Source: Methanobacteriota archaeon (GTDB lineage Archaea > Thermoplasmatota > Thermoplasmata > SG8-5 > DAIRED01). From it: 64,000 nucleotides of DNA. The stretch lies in the NCBI GenBank assembly GCA_043799545.1, contig JAZDNO010000009.1, positions 1 to 64,000 of the forward strand, given 5' to 3'. This document shows positions 1 through 8,781 of the stretch, one piece after another. The first letter of the stretch is position 1. Every line of letters begins with the position of its first letter. Below the pieces are notes generated by a model, which saw only the letters and a program-made list of their open reading frames with translations, had not been told where the DNA came from and made no database searches. Position numbers and translations under genes: made by a program.

Positions 1-19
1 AAAGTGAGAGTCACGAGTC

Positions 20-105
20 CAACGAAGGGACGGGGTAGAGAATTATTTAAGGTACGAGGTATATTCAGAGTTCGTGAAGCGAACGAATAGGAACCGTCAC
101 TTGGG
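20..105 (+). repeat. Conserved upstream element, copy 1 (TATA-like box plus 19-bp motif ATAGGAACCGTCACTTGGG)
   Basis: Aligns with 1086-1170; 87-105 is identical to 1152-1170; both copies precede an AT-rich ORF. Confidence 0.8.
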
Positions 106-231
106 GGACGACCGACTAAAAGTAGAGGCTGTGTGCCCGTCTCGTACGCAGTATTCTCGAAATTTTAGTTGTTTTAAAAATAAAGAAATTCTAGTCAATA
201 ATGGAATCATAGAAATCGATGAGGTAAAATT

Positions 232-777
232 ATGGCATTAGAAAATATTGAGATTATAGCTTTAACTTTATCGATTATCTCTTTAGCTATCTCTTTATTT
301 GTAGCATATCGTGGTTGGAAAATAAATGAGATCGCATTGAGAAGATCTTTTCGACAAGAACATTATAGAATGCTGCTTGAGGTAGATAAGCATTTAATGC
401 AAAACCCAGAACTGTGGAAGACCTATGATAAGTATAAAGATGATGAGGTTAATTTAGACGAAAAAGGTTCCCAGCGTAGACGACGAGCATTTATATATTT
501 ACATCTTAATTTATTTGAAATGATATTTGATTACTATGAGTATTTGTCGAATAAAAACAAATTAGATATAAATTATTGGAATGCCTGGAATAGGTACATT
601 TATCAATTTTTCAGAGAAAGTAGTGAGGCTAGGGCTATTTTTAAAGAAAAAGTTACACAAGAAATATTCTCAGACAGTTATAATAAATATATTTTAATCA
701 TGATTGCACAAATTGAAAATGAAATGGCATTAACATCTAATCGCCCCAAGCAAACGGTGGAAGTATCACAAAAATGA
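232..777 (+). CDS. Hypothetical protein, N-terminal TM helix, low GC
   Basis: 181-aa ORF, GAGGT RBS-like motif, hydrophobic N-terminus, AT-rich codons unlike the rest of the window. Confidence 0.75.
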   Translation: MALENIEIIALTLSIISLAISLFVAYRGWKINEIALRRSFRQEHYRMLLEVDKHLMQNPELWKTYDKYKDDEVNLDEKGSQRRRRAFIYLHLNLFEMIFDYYEYLSNKNKLDINYWNAWNRYIYQFFRESSEARAIFKEKVTQEIFSDSYNKYILIMIAQIENEMALTSNRPKQTVEVSQK

Positions 778-889
778 ATGATTGGAAGGGGATAAAAAGG
801 GAAAGCTATATCGACATGGATAAACTGCGCACGTTTTCATCATTTCAGCGAAGGGCACAAAGCCGTATAGGCGCATAGGTCGGACACCT

Positions 890-935
890 CGGCCATGAAC
901 TCCATCTCATTGACAAGAGGCCGCGTGGATGCCTC
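890..935 (+). repeat. Conserved downstream element, copy 1
   Basis: 35/46 ungapped identity with 1539-1584; GAGGC...GCCTC stem; related pieces at 18835-18850 and 18876-18895. Confidence 0.75.
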
Positions 936-1085
936 GCCGGAGCATCTCCGTCCATGATTTGACGGCGGGACAGGAGTGCGCACGGTTTTCGCGTATAGCA
1001 GCGATGTTGGCTCTTTGTATCCCAACATCTCCTAGGAGCGTATGCGCACACTTAGGAGCGGGTGGAAGAGCAAAAATCCGAGGTA

Positions 1086-1170
1086 CAACCGAAGGACGGG
1101 GCAGATATTTTTATAGGAGTGACTTCCATACAGAGCACATGAAATGGGCGGATAGGAACCGTCACTTGGG
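1086..1170 (+). repeat. Conserved upstream element, copy 2
   Basis: CAACCGAAGGACGGGGCAGATATTTTTATA...ATAGGAACCGTCACTTGGG, homologous to 20-105. Confidence 0.8.
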
Positions 1171-1208
1171 CAAGTGTAGTAAGCTGAATAGAAATAGGAG
1201 TTGAAAAA

Positions 1209-1511
1209 ATGACAATTGTATGGCTGATGGAGTATGACATACCAAAAGATGAAGCAGCTGAAGCAAGATATTCAAAATATATTTTTGAAGACGAGTACAG
1301 CTGCAAGGTTATGGATAAATGTAAAGAGATTGGAGCAAAACTGAATGTTTGGTCAGATGGTCTCCATCACATAGTAATGACGATTGAATTCAAACATATG
1401 GATGATTATGCAAGATTATTCGATGACAAAGATTGGAAGAAGGGACTTTGGCAGTTAGATCAGCTTGTTCTGAATGTCAAGACCAGAATCATGTGGCCTG
1501 CTGGTGAATAG
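1209..1511 (+). CDS. Hypothetical protein (100 aa), low GC
   Basis: ORF with AGGAG RBS; alternating strand/helix pattern suggests a small alpha/beta fold. Confidence 0.7.
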   Translation: MTIVWLMEYDIPKDEAAEARYSKYIFEDEYSCKVMDKCKEIGAKLNVWSDGLHHIVMTIEFKHMDDYARLFDDKDWKKGLWQLDQLVLNVKTRIMWPAGE

Positions 1512-1538
1512 ATTCTAAAGCTCACGAAGCGCAGCCCC

Positions 1539-1584
1539 CGACCGTGCACTTCATCCCTTCGACGAGAGGCGATGTGGATGCCTC
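1539..1584 (+). repeat. Conserved downstream element, copy 2
   Basis: Homologous to 890-935. Confidence 0.75.
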
Positions 1585-1620
1585 ACTTCGAGGTGGCACC
1601 GAAAAAAGAATAATGAGCCC

Positions 1621-1874
1621 TTTGTATAGATGAGGGCGAGAATATGCTTGATTGTTCTTTTCTCGCCCTCACTTCGGTCTTGCTCCGCGCACTCTGCCCA
1701 GCAAGTCCTCGTTCAAATCTCATCTCCATAAAAAAATGAATGGGCCCTTTGTATAAATGAGGGCGAGAATATGCTTGATTGTTCTTTTCTCGCCCTCACT
1801 TCGGTCTTGCTCCGCACACTCTGCCCAGCAAGTCCTCGTTCAAATCTCATCTCCATAAAAAAATGAATGGGCCC
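1621..1874. repeat. Two tandem 127-bp units ending in the tRNA-Ile 3' terminus
   Basis: 1621-1747 vs 1748-1874 have 2 mismatches; each unit has a 12-bp hairpin TGAGGGCGAGAA/TTCTCGCCCTCA and an inverted tRNA T-arm copy GTTCAAATCTCATC. Confidence 0.95.
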
Positions 1875-1942
1875 GATGAGATTTGAACTCATGACCTCCC
1901 GGTTATCAGCCGGGCGCTCCAACCGAGCTAAGCTACGGGCCC
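1868..1942 (-). tRNA. tRNA-Ile (GAT), CCA not encoded
   Basis: Acceptor GGGCCCG/CGGGCCC plus discriminator A; anticodon arm CCCGG-CTGATAA-CCGGG; T-loop TTCAAAT. Confidence 0.97.
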
Positions 1943-2045
1943 TCCTGTCAATGGTTTTCGTTCACGGTCCCTTCGCTTAGCTCTAGCCTCGGTGAGGTTC
2001 GGTTAGTGGCTTTCTCACCTTCGGACCAAGCTAAGCTACGGGCCC
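1943..2045 (-). repeat. Duplicated tRNA-Ile 5' end (21 nt, 1 mismatch) embedded in a long hairpin
   Basis: 2025-2045 matches 1922-1942; GCTTAGCT/AGCTAAGC and GGTGAG/CTCACC pairings. Confidence 0.9.
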
Positions 2046-2209
2046 GCCCTCAAGTTTGCTGGCAATGGCCTGGCATTCGTCAGCATCTCGGGAGTAAGGC
2101 CTCTTTTAATTTAAGGGTTGCTATGTTGGCGCCCCCGAACGGTGCTCCGCGGGGTTTCCTGCGAATGACTTATATATCCATCTGACTTTAACGCGGATGT
2201 GAGGCGCAC

Positions 2210-3961
2210 ATGGACATAACCGCGTTCCTGCTGATATTCATGGTCGCGACCATAGTCGCGGTCATCGCCAAATATATCAACTGGCCGTACACCATAGCGC
2301 TAGTGATATCCGGCCTCGTCGTCGGCATAATCGGAGTGTACGTCGGCTTCAAGGCTCCGGTCACGATAGACAAGAACCTCATCTTCCACATCCTCCTGCC
2401 GCCGCTGCTTTTCGAGGGGGCGCTGCACATGCCCCTGAAGCATCTGAGGGAGAACGCCAAAACTGTCTCGCTCCTCGCCGTCCCGGGGGTCATATTCTCG
2501 ACGATACTCGTCGGCTTCTTGGTGAACTTCTTCATCCCGGACATTCCACTCATCTACGCCATGCTGTTCGCAGCGATAATCATCCCGACCGACCCGGCGT
2601 CCGTCCTTGCCATCTACAAGGTGGCAAAGGTCCCTCAAAAGATGCGCACCATTGTAGAGGCAGAGAGCGTCTTCGATGACGGCATAGCCATCGTGCTTTA
2701 CAACGTAATACTCGTGCTGATTGTCAGCGGCAACCTGGACATAGTCAACGGTGCCTGGGAGTTCACCAAGCTATCGGTCATCGGGGTCGCCATCGGGCTG
2801 GTCTTCGGGTATGTGACCTTCCTCATAATGCGCCAGATAAACGACAAGTTCACAGAGGTCATGATAACCATCATCCTAGCCTTTGGCATCTTCGCTTTCG
2901 CCGAGATGCTAGGCGGGTCGGGGGTGTTCGCCGTGGTGATAGCGGGACTCATCCTGGGCAACTACGGGACCCGCTTCGCCATGGACCCGTCCACGAGGCT
3001 GTCCCTCGTGACCTTTTGGAGCTTCGCCGCCTTCCTAGTCAACTCGTTCCTGTTCATCATCGTGGGAATGAGCATCAACATCGGTTCGATTTGGAACAAC
3101 ATCACAATCGTCATCCTGGGCGTTCTAGCGCTATGGGCTGCCAGGGCGGTCACGATTTCTATAGTGGGAGGAATAGTCAACCGGAAGCGGGAGGAGCTGC
3201 CAGCCAAGTGGCGCTTCCTGCTGTGGTGGGGCGGCCTGCGGGGTGCGATACCGATTGCTCTGGCCCTCTCGATACCTCTCGTTCTGGCAAACGGCGACCC
3301 GTTCCCCCACAGGGACACCATAATAGCCGCCACGTTCGGGGCGGTCCTGTTCACGCTCATGATACAGGGGCTCACCCTGCGCCCGCTTGTCAAGAAGCTC
3401 GGTTTCAGGACGCAGCTCCAGGACGAGACGGACGTGCTGGACGCCGCGATGTCCAGGGACACGGCGGACGAGCTGAAAGAGATGCTGGCCGACGGCGTGC
3501 TGTCCCAGGAGGGTTACGAGTTGCTCGGAAAGAGCTTCGCTGCCGCCAACTCGCAGATGCTGTGCGATATCGGGGAGTGCGTCCAGAACCACGATTTCGT
3601 CCCAAAGGACGAGTATAAGAAGGCGGTTCGCGACGTTCTGGTCATGAAGCGTGCGTCCGTCCGCAAAGCCATCGACGACAATATGATCAGCGAGACAGTC
3701 GGGGGACGGCTCCTGTCTAAGATAGACGCGCAGATAGCATCGTCCAGCGTCGATGGGGTGTCGAATCCCCTTCCTGCTCCACGGGAGATATTCCAGAATA
3801 CCATCCTCAGGCAGAGGAAAGAGCGCATCTGCGGGAAGTGCAACACAGTCATCCAGAACGACGACAAGAGCCTGCGGTGCGCTTGCGGCACCGAGTACCA
3901 CGAGCAGTGCGCGGAAGGAATGAGTTGCTGCATGGCCTGCGACGCAAAGCTCAGGCACTAG
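2210..3961 (+). CDS. CPA1 (NhaP/NhaG-like) Na+/H+ antiporter with C-terminal RING/PHD-like Zn finger
   Basis: TDPASV, ESVFDDG and GGLRGA motifs; many TM helices; terminal CxxC-x12-CxC-x4-HxxC-x6-CxxC. Confidence 0.9.
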   Translation: MDITAFLLIFMVATIVAVIAKYINWPYTIALVISGLVVGIIGVYVGFKAPVTIDKNLIFHILLPPLLFEGALHMPLKHLRENAKTVSLLAVPGVIFSTILVGFLVNFFIPDIPLIYAMLFAAIIIPTDPASVLAIYKVAKVPQKMRTIVEAESVFDDGIAIVLYNVILVLIVSGNLDIVNGAWEFTKLSVIGVAIGLVFGYVTFLIMRQINDKFTEVMITIILAFGIFAFAEMLGGSGVFAVVIAGLILGNYGTRFAMDPSTRLSLVTFWSFAAFLVNSFLFIIVGMSINIGSIWNNITIVILGVLALWAARAVTISIVGGIVNRKREELPAKWRFLLWWGGLRGAIPIALALSIPLVLANGDPFPHRDTIIAATFGAVLFTLMIQGLTLRPLVKKLGFRTQLQDETDVLDAAMSRDTADELKEMLADGVLSQEGYELLGKSFAAANSQMLCDIGECVQNHDFVPKDEYKKAVRDVLVMKRASVRKAIDDNMISETVGGRLLSKIDAQIASSSVDGVSNPLPAPREIFQNTILRQRKERICGKCNTVIQNDDKSLRCACGTEYHEQCAEGMSCCMACDAKLRH

Positions 3962-6900
3962 AGGCTCGAGTAGTCCCTCGGCTTGGACGGTGCGCGCTCC
4001 TCGCTTTCATCCTCATCTGGCTCGTCCGCATCTTCCTCGGGTTCCTGCCTGCGCTCGCGCCTCGGATGCTGCCTAGCCGGGGGCGGGTCGTCCGATTCCC
4101 TCTCGCGCCGCTCGGGGCGTGAACGGTAATAGTTGGACGGCCTCAGCTCCTCGGTCTGCGGCGCCCTGTTCGGCGCGTTCTTCGGGGTCGGCCGTTCCTG
4201 CAGCGGGTTGCCGCACACCACGCAGTATGACATGCCACGCATGCAGCTCGCGCAAAGGTACGCCCCGCAGTAGTGCTTCGCTATCGCCACCTTGCCGTGG
4301 TCCCGGCAGTGCTTGCCGGCCATTTCAGGGTCGCCTGGCCCGTCGTCGTGCCTCCGTTCCCTGGGGTGGTCCCTCTTCTGCCGCCTCGGTGTGCCGGCGG
4401 CCAGGGAGCCTATCTCGACCTGGGGTGCGGTGTAGCCTTCCTGCTTGATGGTCGATAGGGCCGCCTGGACGAGCTTCGCCTTGTACACGCCAACGTTGAG
4501 ATTGACGACTATTCCCAGAACCGTCCTGCGCTCCGGTGGCAGGCCCAACGCCCTCCTAAGCAGCGCGTCCACCTCCGGGTCAAACGGCGCCCCCACGAGG
4601 TTCAGCGCGTCCACAGCTATGACGTAGGCCATCAGCCGCTTCGACTGCTCCATGCCGATTTCAGGGAACCCGGTCACGACATCGCAGAGGCGGAGCTTGC
4701 GCCCCTCCTGCTGCACTACCGGCCCGCCCATCGTCTTGGACAGCACCTTGGCGGAGTTGGCCTCCAGATCCAGGAATTCGGCCGGTTCGAGATGCTGGAG
4801 GTCTATGACCGGATACTCGGAGAGGTAGTCGTAGACAGCGTCCAGATGGGTATACGGCACGCCGCAGCTGCGGAAAGCCTCCTCCCTCGATGGGGCGACG
4901 CCCCGCTGACACTCGTACGCCAGGACCCGGCGGGCGTGCTCCTCTATCTCCTTGTTTGCCTGGCGCTCCTTGCTGACTCGCAGGCCTTCCGAGGCAGACT
5001 GGAACTCCGGATCGATAGTGAGCGCCTTGTTGAAGCAGCGGTCGGCGTCAGCGAACCTGAGCTGGTGCAGCAGCGCCAACCCCTTGCTGTTCCAGACGAA
5101 CTTGTCTTCGGGGCTGAGCGCAATCGCGCTGTCGTACGAGCGTACCGCCTCCTGATAATCCCCGAGGCCTTCGAGCGCCCCTCCGCGGGCGTACCACAGG
5201 GAGGCGTCCTTCTGGTCGAGCGAGAGCGCCTGGTCCAGCGCGGCAATGGCCTCGCCGAACCTCTTCAGCCTCTGCAGCGCCATCGCCTTCATGTGCAGCG
5301 CCTTCTTGTCGGGACCGAGCGCCAGAACCCTGTCGAGCCAGTATATCGCGTCGTCGAGCTTCTCCATGCCGTCGAGGGCCGTGGCCTTCCCCATCAATGC
5401 GACGCGCTCGTCGCCCGTGATGCGCAGCGCGGTGTCGAAGTTCCTCAGCGCCTCCTCGTGGCGCTTCAGCTCCAGCAGGGCCTTTCCCTTCGAGCGGTAC
5501 GCCAGAGCGCTGTTGGGGTCAATGGTTATCGCCTTGTCGAAGGCGGCGAGCGACTCCTCGGTCCGCCCCAGCCTCAGCAGGGCGTGCGCCCGGTTCGCGT
5601 GCGCCTCTATGAAATTCACGTCGGACTCTATCGCCTGCTCGTAGCTCAGCATCGCCTCGGGGTACTCGCCGAGAGCGGCGTGGGCCAGGCCGAGGCTGTT
5701 GAGCGACTGCTTGTCGCCCGGGACTTCCTCCAGCGCCCTGCGGAACGCGACGACGGCGTCGCGGTACCTGCCCATCCTTCCGAGGAGGAGCCCCATCCCG
5801 CGCCAGAGCAGCGCATCGTGCGGGTCGAACGCCAGGGCCTTGTTGTACGAATCCAGAGCCTCCGCGTGGTTGTTCAGGCGCTCCTGGGAGAGCGCCATCG
5901 TCTTCAGCGCGCGCTTGCTCTTGGGTTCGAGCTCGAGGATTCGCGTGCAGGTCTGTACTATCACGCCGTCCGCGCGAAGGGCTTCCAGCACCTCCACTTT
6001 TTCATAGAGTAGATCGAGGTTCGCCCCGTCTATATCGAGCGCCCGGTCCACGGTCTTCAGGGCTTCCCCGGGGTTGTTGAGCCCCAGAAGAGCCTTCGCC
6101 TTGGCCCTCATCGCAAGCACGTGCTTCGGGTCCACGCGCAGTATCCTGTCAGCGGTCTTCACGACCTCGTCATGGCGGCCGAGCTGGATGACTGCCTCCA
6201 GCCGACCCTGCAGCCCGAGGAGGTCCATGTGGTCTATCGCGAGCAGGCGCTCGAAGGAGGCCAGCGCCTCCTCGAACCTTCCGAGCTTCAGCAGGAGCTC
6301 GCCCTTCTTCATGTACGGGAACCTGTCCGCCGGGTCGAGCATGCTGGCCTTGTCGAAGCAAGTCACTGCCTCGTCGAAGTGCTCGAGCCAAGTGAGCGAA
6401 ACGCCCTTGTCGAGCCAGACGAGCTTGTCCCCCGCATTGAGTGCCAGGGAGCTGTCGAATGCGCCGACGGCCTCCTCGTAGCGCGTCATGGCCTGGAGCG
6501 CGATGCCCTTGCCGTGCCACATCCGCGCGTCGTTCGGGTCCGCCTCGATGCCCTTCGCGTAGGCAGCGTGCGCCTCTTCGAGCTTTGATAGCCGTATCAG
6601 CGAATCTGCCCGGCCGCGCCAGCCCTCCTTCTCCTTGGAGTTCAGCTTTATGGCGGAGTCGAAGGCGGACAGCGCTTCCTGGTGTTTGCCGGCGAGCGAC
6701 AGCAGGCGGCCCTTGTGAAGCCAGCTGCCAATCGCCTCCGGGTCTATCGAGATGTGGTTCTCGAATGCGGCCAGGGCCTCGTCCCTCCGGTTCATGTTGA
6801 GGAGCGAGACCGCCGCGTCCGACGCCGCCTGGCCGTTCTTCGGCTCCAGCTCGAGGATGCGCCACGAGGTTTCGAGCACGCGGTCGATTCTCTTGAGCGC

Positions 6901-8274
6901 CTTGAGGGAGTCCTTCTTCGCCACCAGCGCGGGGACGTCCTTGGGATTGGCGTTGAGCAGCATGTCGAACGATGCCACAGCCGTCTCGTACTGGGCGAGC
7001 TTCATGAGGGCTATGCCCTTGTCGTAGTACGCGTCACGATTGGCCTTGTCCAGAGATAGAACCATGTCGCACGCGCGCACAACCTCGGCGTCCTTGCCGA
7101 GCGTCTTGAGGCTCTCCTTCTTGAGAACTAGCGACTTGATGTCCGAAGGCGCAATTGCGAGCGCCCTGTCGAAGGCCATCACCGCCTCCTCGTGCCTCGC
7201 GAGGAGAGCCAGAGCGCGCCCCTTGTCCCTCTGGGCGTCGAGGTCGCGCGGGTCCAGCGTCGCGGCCGCGTCCGCCGCCGAGACGACATCCTCCAGCCTA
7301 TTGAGGGCCCACAGCGCCTTCCGCTTCATGGCCAGCGTCTGCCGGCTCTTGGGCTCCAGGGCAAGCGCCGCGTCGCATGCCTCGACGGCCAGCTCCGCCT
7401 TCCCGTCCTCGATGAGCGCATGAGCCCGGCGCATCCAGAGGTCCAGGTTCTTCGGGTCAAGGCGCAGCGCCTCGGCGTATGAATCGGCTGCATCGTGCCA
7501 GTTGTTCGAGCTTTCAAGTGAGTAGCCGCGCCACACCCAGCCGTCCTTGCACTGCCTGTCCAGGGAGAGCGCCTTCTCGAAGGAAGCGATGGCGTCGGCG
7601 TGACGCTTCAGGAGCGCGTGCGCCATGCCTATGCCGACGTGGGTCTCCGGGAGGTCCGGCTTTATCGCCAGCGACTTGTTGAATGCCCGAATTGCGTCCT
7701 CGTGCCTGTTTGCCTTGGCCAGGGCGGCGCCCTTCGCGCTCCAGTAAACGTGGTTCTCCGGCGCGAGCTCGATCAATTTGTCTACCACCTGCAGGTCTGC
7801 GACGTCGAGCCTGTGCGCCGCTTCGAACGACAGTATGGCCGATTCCTTCTGGCCCATGCTGGTCAGGCAAAGGCCGCGGTTGAAGTGGGTCGCTTTGCTG
7901 TTCGGGTCGGCATCGAGCGCCCCGTCGAACCTGGCCATGGCGCCGACGAAATCCCCCAGGTTCATGGCCAGCAAGCCGCGGTTGTTCATCGCCGAGACGT
8001 TCTTCGGATTGAGCGTCAGCGCCCGGTCCAGATTCTTGGCGGCCAGGTCGGCCCGGCCCATGCCTTGCAGGCCCTGGCCTATCGCGTCGTGAATCTCCGA
8101 ATATTTCATGCCCATGGTCTGGACGACCGAGGCGTTCTTCTCCAGGTGGTCGGAAGCCTCAATAAAAAGGTCGGCCGAGTGGTTGGCCTTGGCCTTCTCC
8201 ACCAGCTTTTCCGCCTTGCTGCATACACGAAGCTCCTTGTTGGTCAGATTCTCGAGAAACGACATCCTCATCAC
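3958..8274 (-). CDS. Giant TPR-repeat protein (~1438 aa) with C-terminal Zn finger and charged tail
   Basis: Roughly 30 consecutive TPR-like repeats (W..KG..L..L.R..EA...FD.AL..DP); CRDH..HYC..CASC..CVVC near the end. Confidence 0.9.
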   Translation of the reverse strand: MMRMSFLENLTNKELRVCSKAEKLVEKAKANHSADLFIEASDHLEKNASVVQTMGMKYSEIHDAIGQGLQGMGRADLAAKNLDRALTLNPKNVSAMNNRGLLAMNLGDFVGAMARFDGALDADPNSKATHFNRGLCLTSMGQKESAILSFEAAHRLDVADLQVVDKLIELAPENHVYWSAKGAALAKANRHEDAIRAFNKSLAIKPDLPETHVGIGMAHALLKRHADAIASFEKALSLDRQCKDGWVWRGYSLESSNNWHDAADSYAEALRLDPKNLDLWMRRAHALIEDGKAELAVEACDAALALEPKSRQTLAMKRKALWALNRLEDVVSAADAAATLDPRDLDAQRDKGRALALLARHEEAVMAFDRALAIAPSDIKSLVLKKESLKTLGKDAEVVRACDMVLSLDKANRDAYYDKGIALMKLAQYETAVASFDMLLNANPKDVPALVAKKDSLKALKRIDRVLETSWRILELEPKNGQAASDAAVSLLNMNRRDEALAAFENHISIDPEAIGSWLHKGRLLSLAGKHQEALSAFDSAIKLNSKEKEGWRGRADSLIRLSKLEEAHAAYAKGIEADPNDARMWHGKGIALQAMTRYEEAVGAFDSSLALNAGDKLVWLDKGVSLTWLEHFDEAVTCFDKASMLDPADRFPYMKKGELLLKLGRFEEALASFERLLAIDHMDLLGLQGRLEAVIQLGRHDEVVKTADRILRVDPKHVLAMRAKAKALLGLNNPGEALKTVDRALDIDGANLDLLYEKVEVLEALRADGVIVQTCTRILELEPKSKRALKTMALSQERLNNHAEALDSYNKALAFDPHDALLWRGMGLLLGRMGRYRDAVVAFRRALEEVPGDKQSLNSLGLAHAALGEYPEAMLSYEQAIESDVNFIEAHANRAHALLRLGRTEESLAAFDKAITIDPNSALAYRSKGKALLELKRHEEALRNFDTALRITGDERVALMGKATALDGMEKLDDAIYWLDRVLALGPDKKALHMKAMALQRLKRFGEAIAALDQALSLDQKDASLWYARGGALEGLGDYQEAVRSYDSAIALSPEDKFVWNSKGLALLHQLRFADADRCFNKALTIDPEFQSASEGLRVSKERQANKEIEEHARRVLAYECQRGVAPSREEAFRSCGVPYTHLDAVYDYLSEYPVIDLQHLEPAEFLDLEANSAKVLSKTMGGPVVQQEGRKLRLCDVVTGFPEIGMEQSKRLMAYVIAVDALNLVGAPFDPEVDALLRRALGLPPERRTVLGIVVNLNVGVYKAKLVQAALSTIKQEGYTAPQVEIGSLAAGTPRRQKRDHPRERRHDDGPGDPEMAGKHCRDHGKVAIAKHYCGAYLCASCMRGMSYCVVCGNPLQERPTPKNAPNRAPQTEELRPSNYYRSRPERRERESDDPPPARQHPRRERRQEPEEDADEPDEDESEERAPSKPRDYSSL

Positions 8275-8345
8275 CCGGTGCGGGCTGACAGTGCATCCCG
8301 TTTCCTAGATGGCTTATTATAGATATATAAGCTTCGGTCGCCCGA

Positions 8346-8505
8346 AGTCCGACGATATGTCAGACAATAATAATGACGTTGAATAATTTTATAATATGAT
8401 ATCAATAATTATCTGGCGAACAACAATCGAAAGGTTTATATAGTGGCTCTCGCATATAGGAAATATCCGACAAATGTCCGACAAAATGGGCAATATTGTC
8501 AGAAG
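8346..8505. promoter_or_regulatory. Divergent promoter region with TGTCNGACA-like boxes
   Basis: TGTCAGACA 8358-8366, TGTCCGACA 8475-8483, degenerate copies at 8346, 8464 and 8497; TATA-like TTTATATA near 8436. Confidence 0.5.
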
Positions 8506-8514
8506 GTATGCGAT

Positions 8515-8781
8515 ATGAGACCCGACATCAGAATCCGGAAACTTCGAGGCGTGAGCGCGGAAGACGAAAGCTGGCTGAGGGAACACAGCGTCAAGGACCT
8601 CCGTAACCTCGTGTTCGAGATGTACAATCTCGGCGAGGACGTGTCAGACATGGTTCCGCTGGTCAACTACATGGAAGAGCTGGAGATGAAGCTCATCACC
8701 GAGCAGAAGCTGGTGTCGGGCGAGGAGATGGACATAGACGTCATGGACATGGTCCACGACTTCGACCGCGTCTGCGCCTGA
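8515..8781 (+). CDS. Hypothetical acidic protein (88 aa)
   Basis: Host-like codon usage; ATG downstream of a TATA box. Confidence 0.7.
   Translation: MRPDIRIRKLRGVSAEDESWLREHSVKDLRNLVFEMYNLGEDVSDMVPLVNYMEELEMKLITEQKLVSGEEMDIDVMDMVHDFDRVCA

Noticed and set aside
840-1600. Integron attC sites
   Set aside because: No RYYYAAC/GTTRRRY core pairs at appropriate spacing; no integron integrase visible
4073-8322. Many long antisense or alternate-frame ORFs (for example 4792-6012; also 10721-12043 and 23327-24847)
   Set aside because: Shadow ORFs of GC-rich genes with no motifs, overlapping well-supported CDS
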